Part shown: piece after piece, positions 16,444-26,102 of the stretch
Layout: each line of letters begins with the position of its first letter
How positions within the stretch are numbered: the first letter of the stretch is position 1
Assembly: GCA_022573655.1 (NCBI GenBank)
Contig: JACZTO010000001.1
Coordinates: 30,169-94,168 of the forward strand
Source: Pseudomonadota bacterium
GTDB taxonomy: Bacteria; Pseudomonadota; Gammaproteobacteria; Steroidobacterales; Woeseiaceae
Direction: 5' to 3'
Length of the DNA stretch: 64,000 nt
Notes under the pieces: generated by a model
Told to the model about the DNA's origin: nothing
The model's database searches: none
Seen by the model: only the letters and a program-made list of their open reading frames with translations
Program-made: the position numbers and the translations under genes

Positions 16444-18996
16444 TCAGGTTTTCTTTTTCACAGATTTCTTGGTTGAGGTCTTCTTGGTCGCGGACTTTTT
16501 CTTCGACGTCTTGCGGGCGACGGCCTTCGTGCGCGGCGCGGTTTTTTTCGCGGGTGATGTTCGTGCGAGATCTTCGGGCGCAAAATCATCCACGGCCATG
16601 AGCGCTGACACCTTGTCGTGATAGGCGCGCATGCTCCGGGCCTCCGTCTTATTGATGACCTGGCCTTCTTCAGCTTCGTCAATTTGCCGAGGGAGATAGT
16701 CCGATGCGATCAGGCCTTCTTTGCGGGCTTGTCTGATGCGGCGCTCTATCGGCTGGTACTCTTTGCTCAACTGCAGCGCTTCCTGCAGCAAGCCAAGCGG
16801 GTTACTGGGTTCCAGGGTCGTGTAGGCGAATTCACTCAATCGTTCGCGGGACTCCCCGGGCGTCGTCAGCAAAGCGACGACTTTGGCGCCAATCTCGTCG
16901 GACGGTGCTGAGTAAGTGCGCCCGCGTGGAAATATCAATATACGCAACAATGTAGCGACCCAACGGTTCGGGAAGTTTCGCAGGAAGGCGTGCAGCGATT
17001 CCTGTGCCTGGTACATCAAGGTGCGTACCGACCACTCAACCAAGGGCAGATCCGTGGCCCTGCGCCCCTGGTTTTCGAAATGCTTGAGCACAGTGGATGC
17101 GAGGTACATCGAACTCAGCACGTCACCGAGGCGGGCCGACAAGAGCTCTCTTTTCTTCAGGGCACCACCCAGCGTGAGCATCGCGAAGTCGGATGCCAGC
17201 GCGAACGCCGCACTGTAGCGGTTGATGTTCTGATAGTAACGTCGCGTTGGAGTGTTCAGCGGTACGCGGCTGAATTTGGCATGCGTCAGTGCCAGGAAAA
17301 ACGAACGCGCCATATTGCTGAGTGCATAGCCGATGTGTCCGAACAAGGCATTGTCAAAGTCGATCAGGCCGCGATCCTGGTCCTCATCGCCCGCAGCTTG
17401 TAATTCCTTCAGCACGAACGGGTGGCATCGAATCGTCCCTTGGCCGAATATAATCAGGCTGCGAGTGAGGATGTTCGCGCCCTCGACGGTGATGGCGATC
17501 GGTGTCGCGATGAATCCCCGGCCAAGGTAGTTCTTGGGTCCCATCATAATGCCCTTGCCGCCGTGTACGTCCATTGCGTCGTTGGCAATCTTGCGACCGA
17601 GTTCGGTGCAGTGATACTTGAGAATTGCGGAGGGGACGGCCGGCTTTTCGCCCTGATCTATAGCGCCGGCCGTTACCGCTACGGCGGCGTTCACGATGTA
17701 AGTGTGGCCGGCGATTCGCGTGAGCGCCTCACCTACGCCCTCGAAATTTGCGATCGATGTGTTGAATTGCTTGCGTATGATTGTGTATGCACCGCTCGTG
17801 TAGCTTGCGGCCTGTGCACCGCCGGATGCTATCGACGGCAACGTGATTGCGCGACCGACCGACAACAGCTCGACCAGCATTTTCCATCCTTTGCCAGCCA
17901 TTTTGGGGCCGCCAATAATGTAGTCGAGCGGTACGAACACATCCTTGCCCGAAGTCGGGCCGTTCTGAAAGGCGATCGTAAGCGGGATATGGCGGCGGCC
18001 GACCACTACGCCCGGCGTGTCCGTCGGGATGAGCGCGGCCGTGATTCCATAGTCGTCTTTGTCACCGATGAGGTGATCCGGATCGTACAGCTTGAATGCG
18101 AGTCCGAGGACAGTTGCCACTGGTGCCAGTGTGATGTAACGCTTGTTCCAGTTAAGGCGTATTCCGGTAATGGTTTTGCCATTCCATTTACCCTTGCAGA
18201 CGACGCCGTTATCGATTAGTGCTGCGGCATCCGACCCGGCTTCCGGCGAAGTCAACGCGAAACACGGTATTTCTGTGCCCGCTGCGAGGCCGGGGAGATA
18301 GTGTTGCTTTTGCTCTTCGGTGCCATAGTGCAAAAGCAGTTCAGCTGGTCCCAGTGAGTTGGGTACACCGATTGTCGATGACGCTGTTGGACTGCGGCTG
18401 GCAAGTTTGGTGATAACTGCAGCGTTCGCGTACGCAGAGAATTCGAGACCGCCGTATTGCTTCGGGATTATCATTGCGAAGAATTGCTTCTCGATTATGA
18501 AGTCCCAGACATCCTGCGGCATGTCAGCAAGCTTGTGGCAGATCTCCCAGTCGTCGAGCATCCGGCAGAGCTGCTCGCAGGGCCCATCGAGAAAAGCCTG
18601 TTCTTCGTCCGACAACTTCGGCGCCGGGTAAGACATCAGGCGGTCCCAATTGGGCATGCCCGAGAAGAGTTCGCCGTCCCACCATACGTTGCCCGCTTCA
18701 AGCGCCTCGCGCTCGGTGTCCGACATCGACGGCAACATAGTTTGATATATGGCCAGCAGCGGTCTTGTGAGCTTCTCGCGCCGAACTTCAATGAGATTCG
18801 GCAGTACCATCACCCCGAAGGCCGCCAGCAGGAGAAGATTCCACAGGAAGGAGCCATCGCCGAGGAACAGGTATAAAATTACCGCTGCACCCGTTGCGAT
18901 AGTGGACGTGCGCAAGTCAATTCGCTGGTAGGCCAGGAAACCCCCGCCACCTGCGAACAACAGAAACCAAAGCAAACCAACTGTGAAACCGCTCAA
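16444..18996 (-). CDS. fadE: large membrane-associated acyl-CoA dehydrogenase (FadE type) with a Lys-rich C-terminal tail
   Basis: 850 aa, with N-terminal TM segments, then an acyl-CoA dehydrogenase core and a DUF1974-like C-region as in E. coli FadE. TTG start is preceded by AGGAGG. The last roughly 40 aa are KKTAPRTKAVARKTSKKKSATKKTSTKKSVKKKT. Confidence 0.85.
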   Translation of the reverse strand: MSGFTVGLLWFLLFAGGGGFLAYQRIDLRTSTIATGAAVILYLFLGDGSFLWNLLLLAAFGVMVLPNLIEVRREKLTRPLLAIYQTMLPSMSDTEREALEAGNVWWDGELFSGMPNWDRLMSYPAPKLSDEEQAFLDGPCEQLCRMLDDWEICHKLADMPQDVWDFIIEKQFFAMIIPKQYGGLEFSAYANAAVITKLASRSPTASSTIGVPNSLGPAELLLHYGTEEQKQHYLPGLAAGTEIPCFALTSPEAGSDAAALIDNGVVCKGKWNGKTITGIRLNWNKRYITLAPVATVLGLAFKLYDPDHLIGDKDDYGITAALIPTDTPGVVVGRRHIPLTIAFQNGPTSGKDVFVPLDYIIGGPKMAGKGWKMLVELLSVGRAITLPSIASGGAQAASYTSGAYTIIRKQFNTSIANFEGVGEALTRIAGHTYIVNAAVAVTAGAIDQGEKPAVPSAILKYHCTELGRKIANDAMDVHGGKGIMMGPKNYLGRGFIATPIAITVEGANILTRSLIIFGQGTIRCHPFVLKELQAAGDEDQDRGLIDFDNALFGHIGYALSNMARSFFLALTHAKFSRVPLNTPTRRYYQNINRYSAAFALASDFAMLTLGGALKKRELLSARLGDVLSSMYLASTVLKHFENQGRRATDLPLVEWSVRTLMYQAQESLHAFLRNFPNRWVATLLRILIFPRGRTYSAPSDEIGAKVVALLTTPGESRERLSEFAYTTLEPSNPLGLLQEALQLSKEYQPIERRIRQARKEGLIASDYLPRQIDEAEEGQVINKTEARSMRAYHDKVSALMAVDDFAPEDLARTSPAKKTAPRTKAVARKTSKKKSATKKTSTKKSVKKKT

Positions 18997-19050
18997 AACC
19001 TGAACCTCCTGGCTCTTGGATCGCGCGGCGCAGCCGCGTCGACTACCACT

Positions 19051-20028
19051 CTATAGCAGTTCCTCGATTGCGGCACGCTCCTCGCGCAATTCAGATTCCG
19101 TAGCAGCCATGCGTGCGCGACTAAAGTTGTCAATGGCCAGCCCCTGCACGATTTCATACTTGCCGCTACTGCAACGCACCGGGTGGGAATAAATGATGCC
19201 TGCCTCAATGCCGTAGCTGCCGTCGGCGGGGATAGCCATGCTGACCCAGTCGCCATCCGGCGTGCCCAGCGCCCAGTCACGCATATGATCGATTGCAGCT
19301 GACGCCGCTGATGCTGCCGATGATGCGCCGCGGGCTGCAATAATCTCTGCGCCACGTTGCTGCACGGTTGGGATAAACTCATCGACCAGCCACTCTTGCT
19401 CAACGAGGTCGGCAGCATTCTTGCCCGCGACGCTCGCGTGCCTGAGATCGGGATATTGCGTGGCGGAGTGATTGCCCCAAATCGTCATGCAGCGGATATC
19501 GTTGACATGACTGTCGGTTTTCGCGGCAAGCTGTGCCATCGCGCGATTGTGGTCAAGACGGGTCATGGCCGTGAAGTTGCGTGGGTCGATATCAGGCGCA
19601 TTGCTGCTTGCGATCAGTGCATTCGTATTTGCAGGATTGCCGACGACGAGTACTTTGATGTCAGAGTTGGCGTGGTCGTTCATTGCCCTGCCCTGAACTG
19701 AGAATATAGCGGCGTTGGCTTCCAGCAGATCTTTACGTTCCATACCCGGACCACGCGGCCTGGCGCCGACCAGCAATGCATAGTCGCTGTCCTTGAACGC
19801 GATATTCGGATCGTCAGTGGCAACGATTCCGGACAAGGTGGCGAATGCGCAGTCCTTAAGTTCCATGACCACACCCTGCAATGCTGGCAATGCCGGCGGA
19901 ATCTCGAGCAATTGCAGAATAACCGGTTGGTCGCTGCCGAGCATTTGCCCTGAGGCTATGCGGAACGCGAGTTGGTAGCCAATTTGGCCGGCGGCGCCAG
20001 TGATGGTGACGCGAACAGTTGTTTTCAT
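19051..20028 (-). CDS. mdh: malate dehydrogenase
   Basis: [12 protein letters not shown] Rossmann motif, 325 aa, and the MTRLDHNRA and WGNHS blocks. Confidence 0.9.
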   Translation of the reverse strand: MKTTVRVTITGAAGQIGYQLAFRIASGQMLGSDQPVILQLLEIPPALPALQGVVMELKDCAFATLSGIVATDDPNIAFKDSDYALLVGARPRGPGMERKDLLEANAAIFSVQGRAMNDHANSDIKVLVVGNPANTNALIASSNAPDIDPRNFTAMTRLDHNRAMAQLAAKTDSHVNDIRCMTIWGNHSATQYPDLRHASVAGKNAADLVEQEWLVDEFIPTVQQRGAEIIAARGASSAASAASAAIDHMRDWALGTPDGDWVSMAIPADGSYGIEAGIIYSHPVRCSSGKYEIVQGLAIDNFSRARMAATESELREERAAIEELL

Positions 20029-20147
20029 CGTATTTTTTTCCTGCGTTGATCGGTAACAAATCGCGACTGCTCAAATTGAACAGGTGCAGGTGAACAGGGG
20101 CGGCGATTCTAGCACCGGCGGGGCCGCCAGGCACTGCTGTCGGTTAT

Positions 20148-20816
20148 CTAATCCAGCGCAAAATCGGGAAACTTCAAGGTAAATTCGTCGTATTCGCTTG
20201 CGGCCTCCGCTGCGCGGCCTGTGTCGTGCATCATTTGAATGCATGCGAACCACGATTCGGCCGTCTCGCGAGTCTCGCTGTCGCATGCCTCTGTCGCATC
20301 AGAGTCTTTTACGTCTGCCGTGGCAGCCATGATTCCCACCGCTGGCTTAGCCACGTTGCCGAGACCTTGTTTTTGCAAATTCGCGTCACTTCGCTTGCGC
20401 ATCATATTTTCGGCCTTGAGCTCTGCGGGCATTGCTGCCGGCGCCTGCATTTTGTTAAGACGCGATTGTTCAGCCGGCGCATTGGCATCGACAATTGTCT
20501 CTTCGAGGCGGTCTGCAACGGCATCCGCGGTCAGAGCGTTGGTTGAAACAGCCGGCCGAGGGACCTGCGGCGCTGGGTCCTGTGTAATCTCGAGAACAAT
20601 GACAAGACTCAAGAAGATCGTCGCGGCCCAGGCTGCTGGGCGCAGCCAGCTGGACGCAAAGCCATATGCAGATTGCTGCTGCTGTTTCGTGGGCTCATTC
20701 GCGGCCGCGTGGAGAATTTTCTCGCTAAGACGCTCTGGCACCCGTTCGGTCGCAGTTTCGCGATAGGTCTGCGACACGAGTGGTTCTATATCGGTAGTGT
20801 CTCGCTCGTCGTTCAT
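20148..20816 (-). CDS. putative anti-sigma factor (single TM)
   Basis: The start overlaps the stop of the upstream ECF sigma gene (ATGA). There is one central TM segment (AAWAATIFLSLVIVLEI). No classical zinc anti-sigma (ZAS) motif was seen, so the function is inferred from context. Confidence 0.5.
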   Translation of the reverse strand: MNDERDTTDIEPLVSQTYRETATERVPERLSEKILHAAANEPTKQQQQSAYGFASSWLRPAAWAATIFLSLVIVLEITQDPAPQVPRPAVSTNALTADAVADRLEETIVDANAPAEQSRLNKMQAPAAMPAELKAENMMRKRSDANLQKQGLGNVAKPAVGIMAATADVKDSDATEACDSETRETAESWFACIQMMHDTGRAAEAASEYDEFTLKFPDFALD

Positions 20817-21493
20817 CGTTCCTCCCCGGACACCGTCGCTGTTGCTCTGACTTCGTCTTCGGGTTCGGATATTGCGACCTTAAGCTTGGTCACGGCATAG
20901 CGAATCCGGCTCTTTGCTGTTTCGCGGCTGCAGCCGGTCACCGAGGCAATCTGCGCGACGCTCAGGCCGGCCTCCTCGCGCAGCAAGAACGCGTCTCGCT
21001 GCTCTTCAGGGAGATCCTGTAATGCGACCAGCAGGCGTTCCCTGGCAAGACTGCGCTCTGTCAATACGTCGGGTTGTTCGCCCGGGTCGGAATGTATCTC
21101 CGGGTCGAATTCCGTGCTGTTGGTGTGACGTTTGTTGCGTCGTATATGATCGATGAAGCAATTGTGTGCGACGCGATACAAGAATGTTGTGAATTTCGCG
21201 GTTGGGCGGTAATTGCTGCGAGCCTTGATGATTTTGCCCCAGACATCCTGAAAAATGTCTTCAGCCGTGTCGCGGTGGCGGCACAAACGCAGCAGGTAGC
21301 GGTACAGTGGGTCATTGTGGCGCCGATACAGCGTCTCGAATGCAGCAGTATCGCCGTCCTGGTATCTCAGCATCAACGCGCTGTCGTCAGGAATGTGGCC
21401 CATTACGGGAGCATAGGCCAGCTTCGCAGTCCTGCATAGGGCGCCCGCTCGACGCGCTACCGGTGTTGCCATGTATTGTGCACTCGCAGCCAT
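20813..21493 (-). CDS. ECF (sigma-24 type) RNA polymerase sigma factor
   Basis: Region 2 (FETLYRRHNDPLYRYLLRL..AEDIFQDVW) and region 4 (LPEEQRDAFLLREEAGLSVAQIA). The start at 21493 has GAGG 8 nt upstream. An alternative ATG at 21403 cannot be excluded. Confidence 0.85.
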   Translation of the reverse strand: MAASAQYMATPVARRAGALCRTAKLAYAPVMGHIPDDSALMLRYQDGDTAAFETLYRRHNDPLYRYLLRLCRHRDTAEDIFQDVWGKIIKARSNYRPTAKFTTFLYRVAHNCFIDHIRRNKRHTNSTEFDPEIHSDPGEQPDVLTERSLARERLLVALQDLPEEQRDAFLLREEAGLSVAQIASVTGCSRETAKSRIRYAVTKLKVAISEPEDEVRATATVSGEER

Positions 21494-21569
21494 CTTGTCA
21501 ACCTCGTGGGGATAGCCTTACAAACGCGGTTGATTTCAGGGTTGGGTTAGGAAAAAGTTCAGAAAAGGC

Positions 21570-21597
21570 TTGCAATCCAAGTGTCTAGTGTTATAGT
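21570..21597 (+). promoter_or_regulatory. sigma-70 type promoter candidate (TTGCAA - 16 nt - TATAGT)
   Basis: -35 TTGCAA at 21570-21575 and -10 TATAGT at 21592-21597. It lies about 35 nt upstream of the ATG at 21632. Confidence 0.5.
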
Positions 21598-21612
21598 CAA
21601 CTATAACACTAG
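21585..21612. promoter_or_regulatory. perfect palindrome (13-bp arms, 2-nt spacer), putative GntR/YtrA-type operator overlapping the -10
   Basis: CTAGTGTTATAGT ca ACTATAACACTAG. It contains the GT..AC core typical of GntR-family operators. The assignment to the neighbouring regulator is inference. Confidence 0.5.
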
Positions 21613-21631
21613 TTCACTAAGAGGCCGGGGA

Positions 21632-21901
21632 ATGTCCCGGACAGCTAAAATGTTCAAGTCCATGCAAACTGTCAGCGAATTCCTAAGTCTTTCCGTAATG
21701 ATATTGATGGCTGTCGCCGTGGTTGCAGGACAGGCCAGTGCGACGGCTGAAGGGCCGAGTGCCGAGGCGGCGGTGGAATTTCATCAGACGACTGAAGATC
21801 GATTCAGCATCGATTTCGTGGGCCATCCTGGTGTCAGGGCGGTGATCATTACCATAGGAGTTGTTTCTGATTTAGGTCAATTTCGTGGCGCAAACGAGTA
21901 A
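21632..21901 (+). CDS. small secreted protein of unknown function (89 aa precursor)
   Basis: AAGAGG lies 7 nt upstream of the ATG. The signal peptide LSVMILMAVAVVAGQASA-TAEG is present. The gene has its own promoter candidate and its own terminator. Confidence 0.5.
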   Translation: MSRTAKMFKSMQTVSEFLSLSVMILMAVAVVAGQASATAEGPSAEAAVEFHQTTEDRFSIDFVGHPGVRAVIITIGVVSDLGQFRGANE

Positions 21902-21920
21902 AATAGCGACGGAATTGTTG

Positions 21921-21954
21921 CGCCGGCACGTCCCTTCGTGCCGGCGTCTTTTTA
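21921..21954 (+). terminator. rho-independent terminator
   Basis: A 10-bp perfect GC-rich stem (CGCCGGCACG / CGTGCCGGCG) with a 6-nt loop, followed by TCTTTTTA. Confidence 0.75.
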
Positions 21955-22000
21955 CGGATTTTGGCACGAACAATTCGCAGAATTCAGGAAAGAACAGTTA

Positions 22001-22399
22001 ATGGATCCCAAATGGAATGAAGATCAGCCGATTTATCGCCAGCTGCGCGACCGCGTTGTTGCGATGATTCTCGAGGGCGTCTTGGTCGACGGTGACGCGT
22101 TGCCCTCAGTCCGCAATGTTGCGGCCGAGTACAGGCTAAACCCGCTGACAGTTCTTAAGGGCTATCAAGAGCTGGTGGATGAAGGCCTTGTTGAGAAAAA
22201 ACGTGGCCGGGGCATGTTCATCAACGAAGGTGCACAAAAGTTGTTGCTCAAAGCGGAGCGGCAGAGATTCCTGGAGAAAGAGTGGCCGAAGGTCGTGGCG
22301 ACTATCGAGCGTTTGCGTCTGGACGCGGCCGACTTATTGCGTGATGTGAAATCCAGGAAGAAAGACTCATCATCGAAATCTGGAGGAGAGAATGACTAG
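22001..22399 (+). CDS. GntR-family transcriptional regulator, YtrA subfamily (short effector domain)
   Basis: PIYRQLRDRVVAMILEGVL..GDALPSVRNVAAEYRLNPLTVLKGYQELVDEGLVEKKRGRGMF winged-HTH. It is only about 132 aa and is followed by ABC transporter genes. The start was chosen at MDPKW, with AGGAAAG upstream. Confidence 0.85.
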   Translation: MDPKWNEDQPIYRQLRDRVVAMILEGVLVDGDALPSVRNVAAEYRLNPLTVLKGYQELVDEGLVEKKRGRGMFINEGAQKLLLKAERQRFLEKEWPKVVATIERLRLDAADLLRDVKSRKKDSSSKSGGEND

Positions 22400-23249
22400 C
22401 CTGGTCAGCGCGAAGGGAGTATCCAAGTACTTCGGCGCGGTACACGCGGTCGACAACGTCAGTTTTGAGATCGAAAAGGGCAGGATACTGGGCCTGATCG
22501 GACCGAATGGCGCAGGCAAGACGACCTTGCTCAAGGCGTTGCTGGGTCTTACGGACTGCGAGGGACAGCTCTCGGTTCTGGGCCTTGATCCGTTCAAGCA
22601 GCGCAAGGAAATGATGCAAAACATATGTTTCATTGCGGACGTGGCGGTGCTGCCGCGGTGGATCAAAGTCACGCAGCTGCTCGACTATGTTGAGGCGATT
22701 CACCCGAATTTTTCCCGCAAGCATGCCGAAGAACACCTGGCCAAGACCAAAATACGTTCGGGCTCAAAGGTGAGAGAGTTGTCCAAGGGCATGGTCGCCC
22801 AGCTGCATTTGTCGATCATCATGTCGATCGACGCCAAGTTATTGGTACTCGACGAGCCAACACTTGGCCTCGATATCATCTTCCGTAAAGAATTCTACGC
22901 AAACTTGCTTAACGATTATTTCGATGAGGAGCGGACTATCCTGATCACAACACACCAGGTTGAGGAAATCGAAAATTTGCTCACGGACGTCATGTTTATT
23001 GACGATGGCAAGATCTTGCTTGATTCGCCTATGGACGCGTTGTCCGGGACTTACGTTGAAGTGCTGGCTTCCGGGGAGGGCGCCAGCAAGGCGAGAGAGC
23101 TTGGGCCAATTGCTGAAAACGAAATGTTTGGCAAGTCGATAATGTTGTTTGAGGGCGTCAGTCGTGAGCAACTTGAGGGGTTTGGTGAGCTACGCACTCC
23201 CGCGATAGCAGATCTCTTTGTCGCGATGGTCAAGAGGGCGCGGCAATGA
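22392..23249 (+). CDS. ABC transporter ATP-binding protein
   Basis: Walker A GPNGAGKTT, signature LSKGM, Walker B LLVLDEPTLGLD. It overlaps the regulator's 3' end. Confidence 0.9.
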   Translation: MTSLVSAKGVSKYFGAVHAVDNVSFEIEKGRILGLIGPNGAGKTTLLKALLGLTDCEGQLSVLGLDPFKQRKEMMQNICFIADVAVLPRWIKVTQLLDYVEAIHPNFSRKHAEEHLAKTKIRSGSKVRELSKGMVAQLHLSIIMSIDAKLLVLDEPTLGLDIIFRKEFYANLLNDYFDEERTILITTHQVEEIENLLTDVMFIDDGKILLDSPMDALSGTYVEVLASGEGASKARELGPIAENEMFGKSIMLFEGVSREQLEGFGELRTPAIADLFVAMVKRARQ

Positions 23250-24163
23250 TCACAAATCAACTGGCACTGATCAGGCGAGAGATTTGGGAACACCGCTCCA
23301 TTTACGTAACCCCTATGGTGATCGCGATCATCGTCACGCTTGGCGTTTTCGCGATGCTGATATTCGCATCAGGATTCGCAGCGGAATTGGATGCTGTGAT
23401 ATTTGGAGCAACCAATATTGCCGGGGAAACGGAGCGCAAGGCGGCATTGACCGGATTCTTCCTCGGGACGTCGTGGGTGTTTCTGATCGCCCTGGCGGTC
23501 CTGACCGTATTTTATTGTCTCGACTCGCTTTATGCAGAACGTAAAGACAAGAGCATTTTGTTCTGGCGGTCGATGCCGGTCACTGACGCCGAGACAGTTA
23601 TATCCAAGCTGATAACTGCGCTGCTTGTCATTCCAATGGCCGCCATCATCGGAATTATCGCGACTCATCTTGTTAACCTCGTCGTAACGAGTGTCTGGGT
23701 GTCGATGAAGGGTGGCGACGCCAGCTTGTTGATTTGGGGTTCGGTGTCATTGCTTGATAACTGGCTGGCAGCGGTCATCGTGATCCTGACAACTGGCATC
23801 TGGATGTCGCCATTCATTGGCTGGTTTCTGTTCGTCTCCGCCTACACGAAGCGCTCTCCGTTGTTGATGGCATTCATGCCGCTGGTCCTGATCGCATTAC
23901 TCGAGAAGATTATTCTGCGGACGCACATATTTGCGCAATATGTACTGGGTCGTGCTGACGAGATGCCATTGATTCGCACCGAGAACGTCGAGCGGTTTTT
24001 TGATGAGGAACAATGGCGTATTGCGGAAGGGGCCACGAGCCTGCTCGTGCACCTGGATATCGTGCAGTTCCTGACGAGCCCCGCTACATGGGCCGGTATC
24101 ATCGTCTGCGGATTGCTATCGACCGCTGCTATCTACGTTCGTCGTTATCGCGACGAAAGCTAA
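23246..24163 (+). CDS. ABC-2 family permease-like membrane protein
   Basis: 305 aa with about 6 hydrophobic spans. The ATGA overlap couples it to the ATPase gene. Confidence 0.7.
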   Translation: MITNQLALIRREIWEHRSIYVTPMVIAIIVTLGVFAMLIFASGFAAELDAVIFGATNIAGETERKAALTGFFLGTSWVFLIALAVLTVFYCLDSLYAERKDKSILFWRSMPVTDAETVISKLITALLVIPMAAIIGIIATHLVNLVVTSVWVSMKGGDASLLIWGSVSLLDNWLAAVIVILTTGIWMSPFIGWFLFVSAYTKRSPLLMAFMPLVLIALLEKIILRTHIFAQYVLGRADEMPLIRTENVERFFDEEQWRIAEGATSLLVHLDIVQFLTSPATWAGIIVCGLLSTAAIYVRRYRDES

Positions 24164-24191
24164 TCTAAAGCGAGTATTTCCCTGCCGATCT

Positions 24192-25202
24192 TCAGGCTTT
24201 GCCGCGAATTTCGTATTTGCGCAGCTTGCCCCGGAACTGGTGGTAGCTTAGTCCGAGCAGATCAGCAGCCATGCGTTGATTGAAGCGCGCCTTCTCAAGT
24301 GCTGCTCGTAGCAGGTCAGTCTCTGTATCATTCAGCCGCTGTTGCAGGTCCGTCGGCAGCAATGGTGACAGGGGCGAAACTGCAGTTTGCGGGCTCACTG
24401 TCTCGACTTGTGCCAATCTGAATGGCGAATCGAACGGGTCAATTGCCAGGTCTGAAATTGGCTTTTCTGGATTTGGGGAACGATAAATCGTTCGCTCTAT
24501 GGTGTTCTTGAGTTCACGCACATTGCCCGGCCATTGATTGCGCAATAACGCAGACGAGGCGCGTGAACTGAAGCCCGGAAAGTAGCTCCACTTTAATTCG
24601 CTCGCCATATTGATCGCGAACGCATGCGCCAACGGCATGATGTCCTCGATTCTTTCACGCAGTGGCGGGATTGTAATGACGTCGAAAGCGAGCCGATCGA
24701 GCAGGTCCGCGCGAAACCGTCCGTCGGCCGCGAGCGCTTGCAGATCTGCGTTGCTGGAGCCGACAATACGCACGTCCACCTGCAGCGTTTCGCTACCACC
24801 AACTCTTTGAATTTCGCCGTACTCAATAGTGCGCAAAATCTTCTCCTGCATACGCAAGGAGATTGACGCAAGTTCGTCGAGGATGAGTGTTCCACCATCG
24901 GCTCGCTCGAAATGACCAATATGAGTTTTTATCGCGCCGGTGAATGCTCCTGCATCATGGCCGAACAGTTCGGATTCGAGGATCGACTCTGTCAAGGCGG
25001 CACAGTTTACTTTCACGACCACCTGTTCCCATCGATCTGACAGGTAATGCAGCCGTGAGGCGACCAATTCTTTGCCGGTACCGCGCTCTCCTATCACCAG
25101 GACCGGTTTGGAGAGGGGGGCGGCGCGTGACACATGCTCGAGCATTGCAAGGAAGGCTGGCGCCTCACCGATGATTTGCTGGGTTGCTGCGGGTGATGGC
25201 AT
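24192..25202 (-). CDS. pspF: psp operon transcriptional activator (sigma-54 dependent, no receiver domain)
   Basis: AAA+ core with GERGTGKE, GAFTGA motif (HDAGAFTGA) and a C-terminal HTH. Length is 336 aa. It is divergent from pspA. Confidence 0.85.
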   Translation of the reverse strand: MPSPAATQQIIGEAPAFLAMLEHVSRAAPLSKPVLVIGERGTGKELVASRLHYLSDRWEQVVVKVNCAALTESILESELFGHDAGAFTGAIKTHIGHFERADGGTLILDELASISLRMQEKILRTIEYGEIQRVGGSETLQVDVRIVGSSNADLQALAADGRFRADLLDRLAFDVITIPPLRERIEDIMPLAHAFAINMASELKWSYFPGFSSRASSALLRNQWPGNVRELKNTIERTIYRSPNPEKPISDLAIDPFDSPFRLAQVETVSPQTAVSPLSPLLPTDLQQRLNDTETDLLRAALEKARFNQRMAADLLGLSYHQFRGKLRKYEIRGKA

Positions 25203-25334
25203 TGGTCAATTAAGCCAAATAGTAACGGAAATAGCTAATATATAGCGAATATAACCATTATCCAGGTACCTTATAATTCCTCTTAATGACCATTTAAGAA
25301 TTACAAAACAATAACTTATGAATACAACGGGGCG

Positions 25335-25351
25335 TTGGCATGATTGCTGCA
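25335..25351 (+). promoter_or_regulatory. sigma-54 (-24/-12) promoter of pspA
   Basis: TTGGCATGATTGCTGCA has GG and GC at the consensus 12-nt spacing (consensus YTGGCACGrNNNTTGCW). It lies 40 nt upstream of the pspA ATG, downstream of an AT-rich region. Confidence 0.75.
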
Positions 25352-25390
25352 CTTAAGTAAGCTAAGTTTCACCCAAAAGAGGACAAATTC

Positions 25391-26077
25391 ATGGGCATAT
25401 TCACGAGATTCAGTGACATCGTGAACTCCAATATCAATGCGATTCTCGATAAGGCAGAGGACCCGGAGAAAATCGTCCGATTGATGATTCAGGAGATGGA
25501 GGACACCCTGGTTGAGGTACGTTCAGCCGCGGCTCGTTCTATTGCGGACAAGAAAGACCTCAACCGCAAGATCGAGTCGTTCGAGCATGAGCTCGGCGGA
25601 TGGGAGGATAAAGCGGAACTGGCAATACGCAAAGATCGCGAGGACCTGGCCAAGGCTGCCCTGGTTGAGAAATCTCGCGCTTCATCGGCGGTCGATCTGC
25701 TGAAGCAGGACTACATTGCCGTTGACGAAGGCCTCGCAAAACTCAATGAAGATATCGCGCGGCTCGAAAGCAAACTTCTTGACGCGAAAGTTCGGCAGAA
25801 AGCGCTGCTGGCGAGACACACAACGGCCAGAAGTCGCCTGGCTGCCCGCAAGAAAATCTACGATTACAGGATTGACGACGCGATGCTGCGGTTTGAACAG
25901 TACGCGCGGCGAATCGACGATGTTGAAGGCAGGATAGAGGCATACGACCTTGGTCTGCCAAAGGATCTGCATCACGAGTTCGCGGGCTTGGAGGCAGAAG
26001 AATCTGTAAACGAGGAGCTGGACGCATTGAAACAGCGTGTCGCAAGCGACAAGAGCGCACGCGCGGAGGCGAAATAA
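25391..26077 (+). CDS. pspA: phage shock protein A
   Basis: MGIFTRFSDIVNSNINAILDKAEDPEKIVRLMIQEMEDTL matches the PspA/IM30 N-terminus. The 228-aa protein is coiled-coil. Confidence 0.9.
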   Translation: MGIFTRFSDIVNSNINAILDKAEDPEKIVRLMIQEMEDTLVEVRSAAARSIADKKDLNRKIESFEHELGGWEDKAELAIRKDREDLAKAALVEKSRASSAVDLLKQDYIAVDEGLAKLNEDIARLESKLLDAKVRQKALLARHTTARSRLAARKKIYDYRIDDAMLRFEQYARRIDDVEGRIEAYDLGLPKDLHHEFAGLEAEESVNEELDALKQRVASDKSARAEAK

Positions 26078-26102
26078 TAATCGCGGATCAGAGGAGGAAA
26101 GG

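Noticed and set aside
20077-20098. Direct repeat TGAACAGG x2 (14-bp period) upstream of mdh, considered as an ArcA-type site.
   Set aside because: The spacing is not the 11-bp phasing of ArcA repeats and the half-sites differ from TGTTA. Support is insufficient.
21961-21979. Sigma-54-like -24 element TTGGCACG upstream of the GntR regulator gene.
   Set aside because: The -12 element is off. TTCGCA places GC 14 nt rather than 12 nt from GG, and there is no nearby enhancer-binding protein logic.
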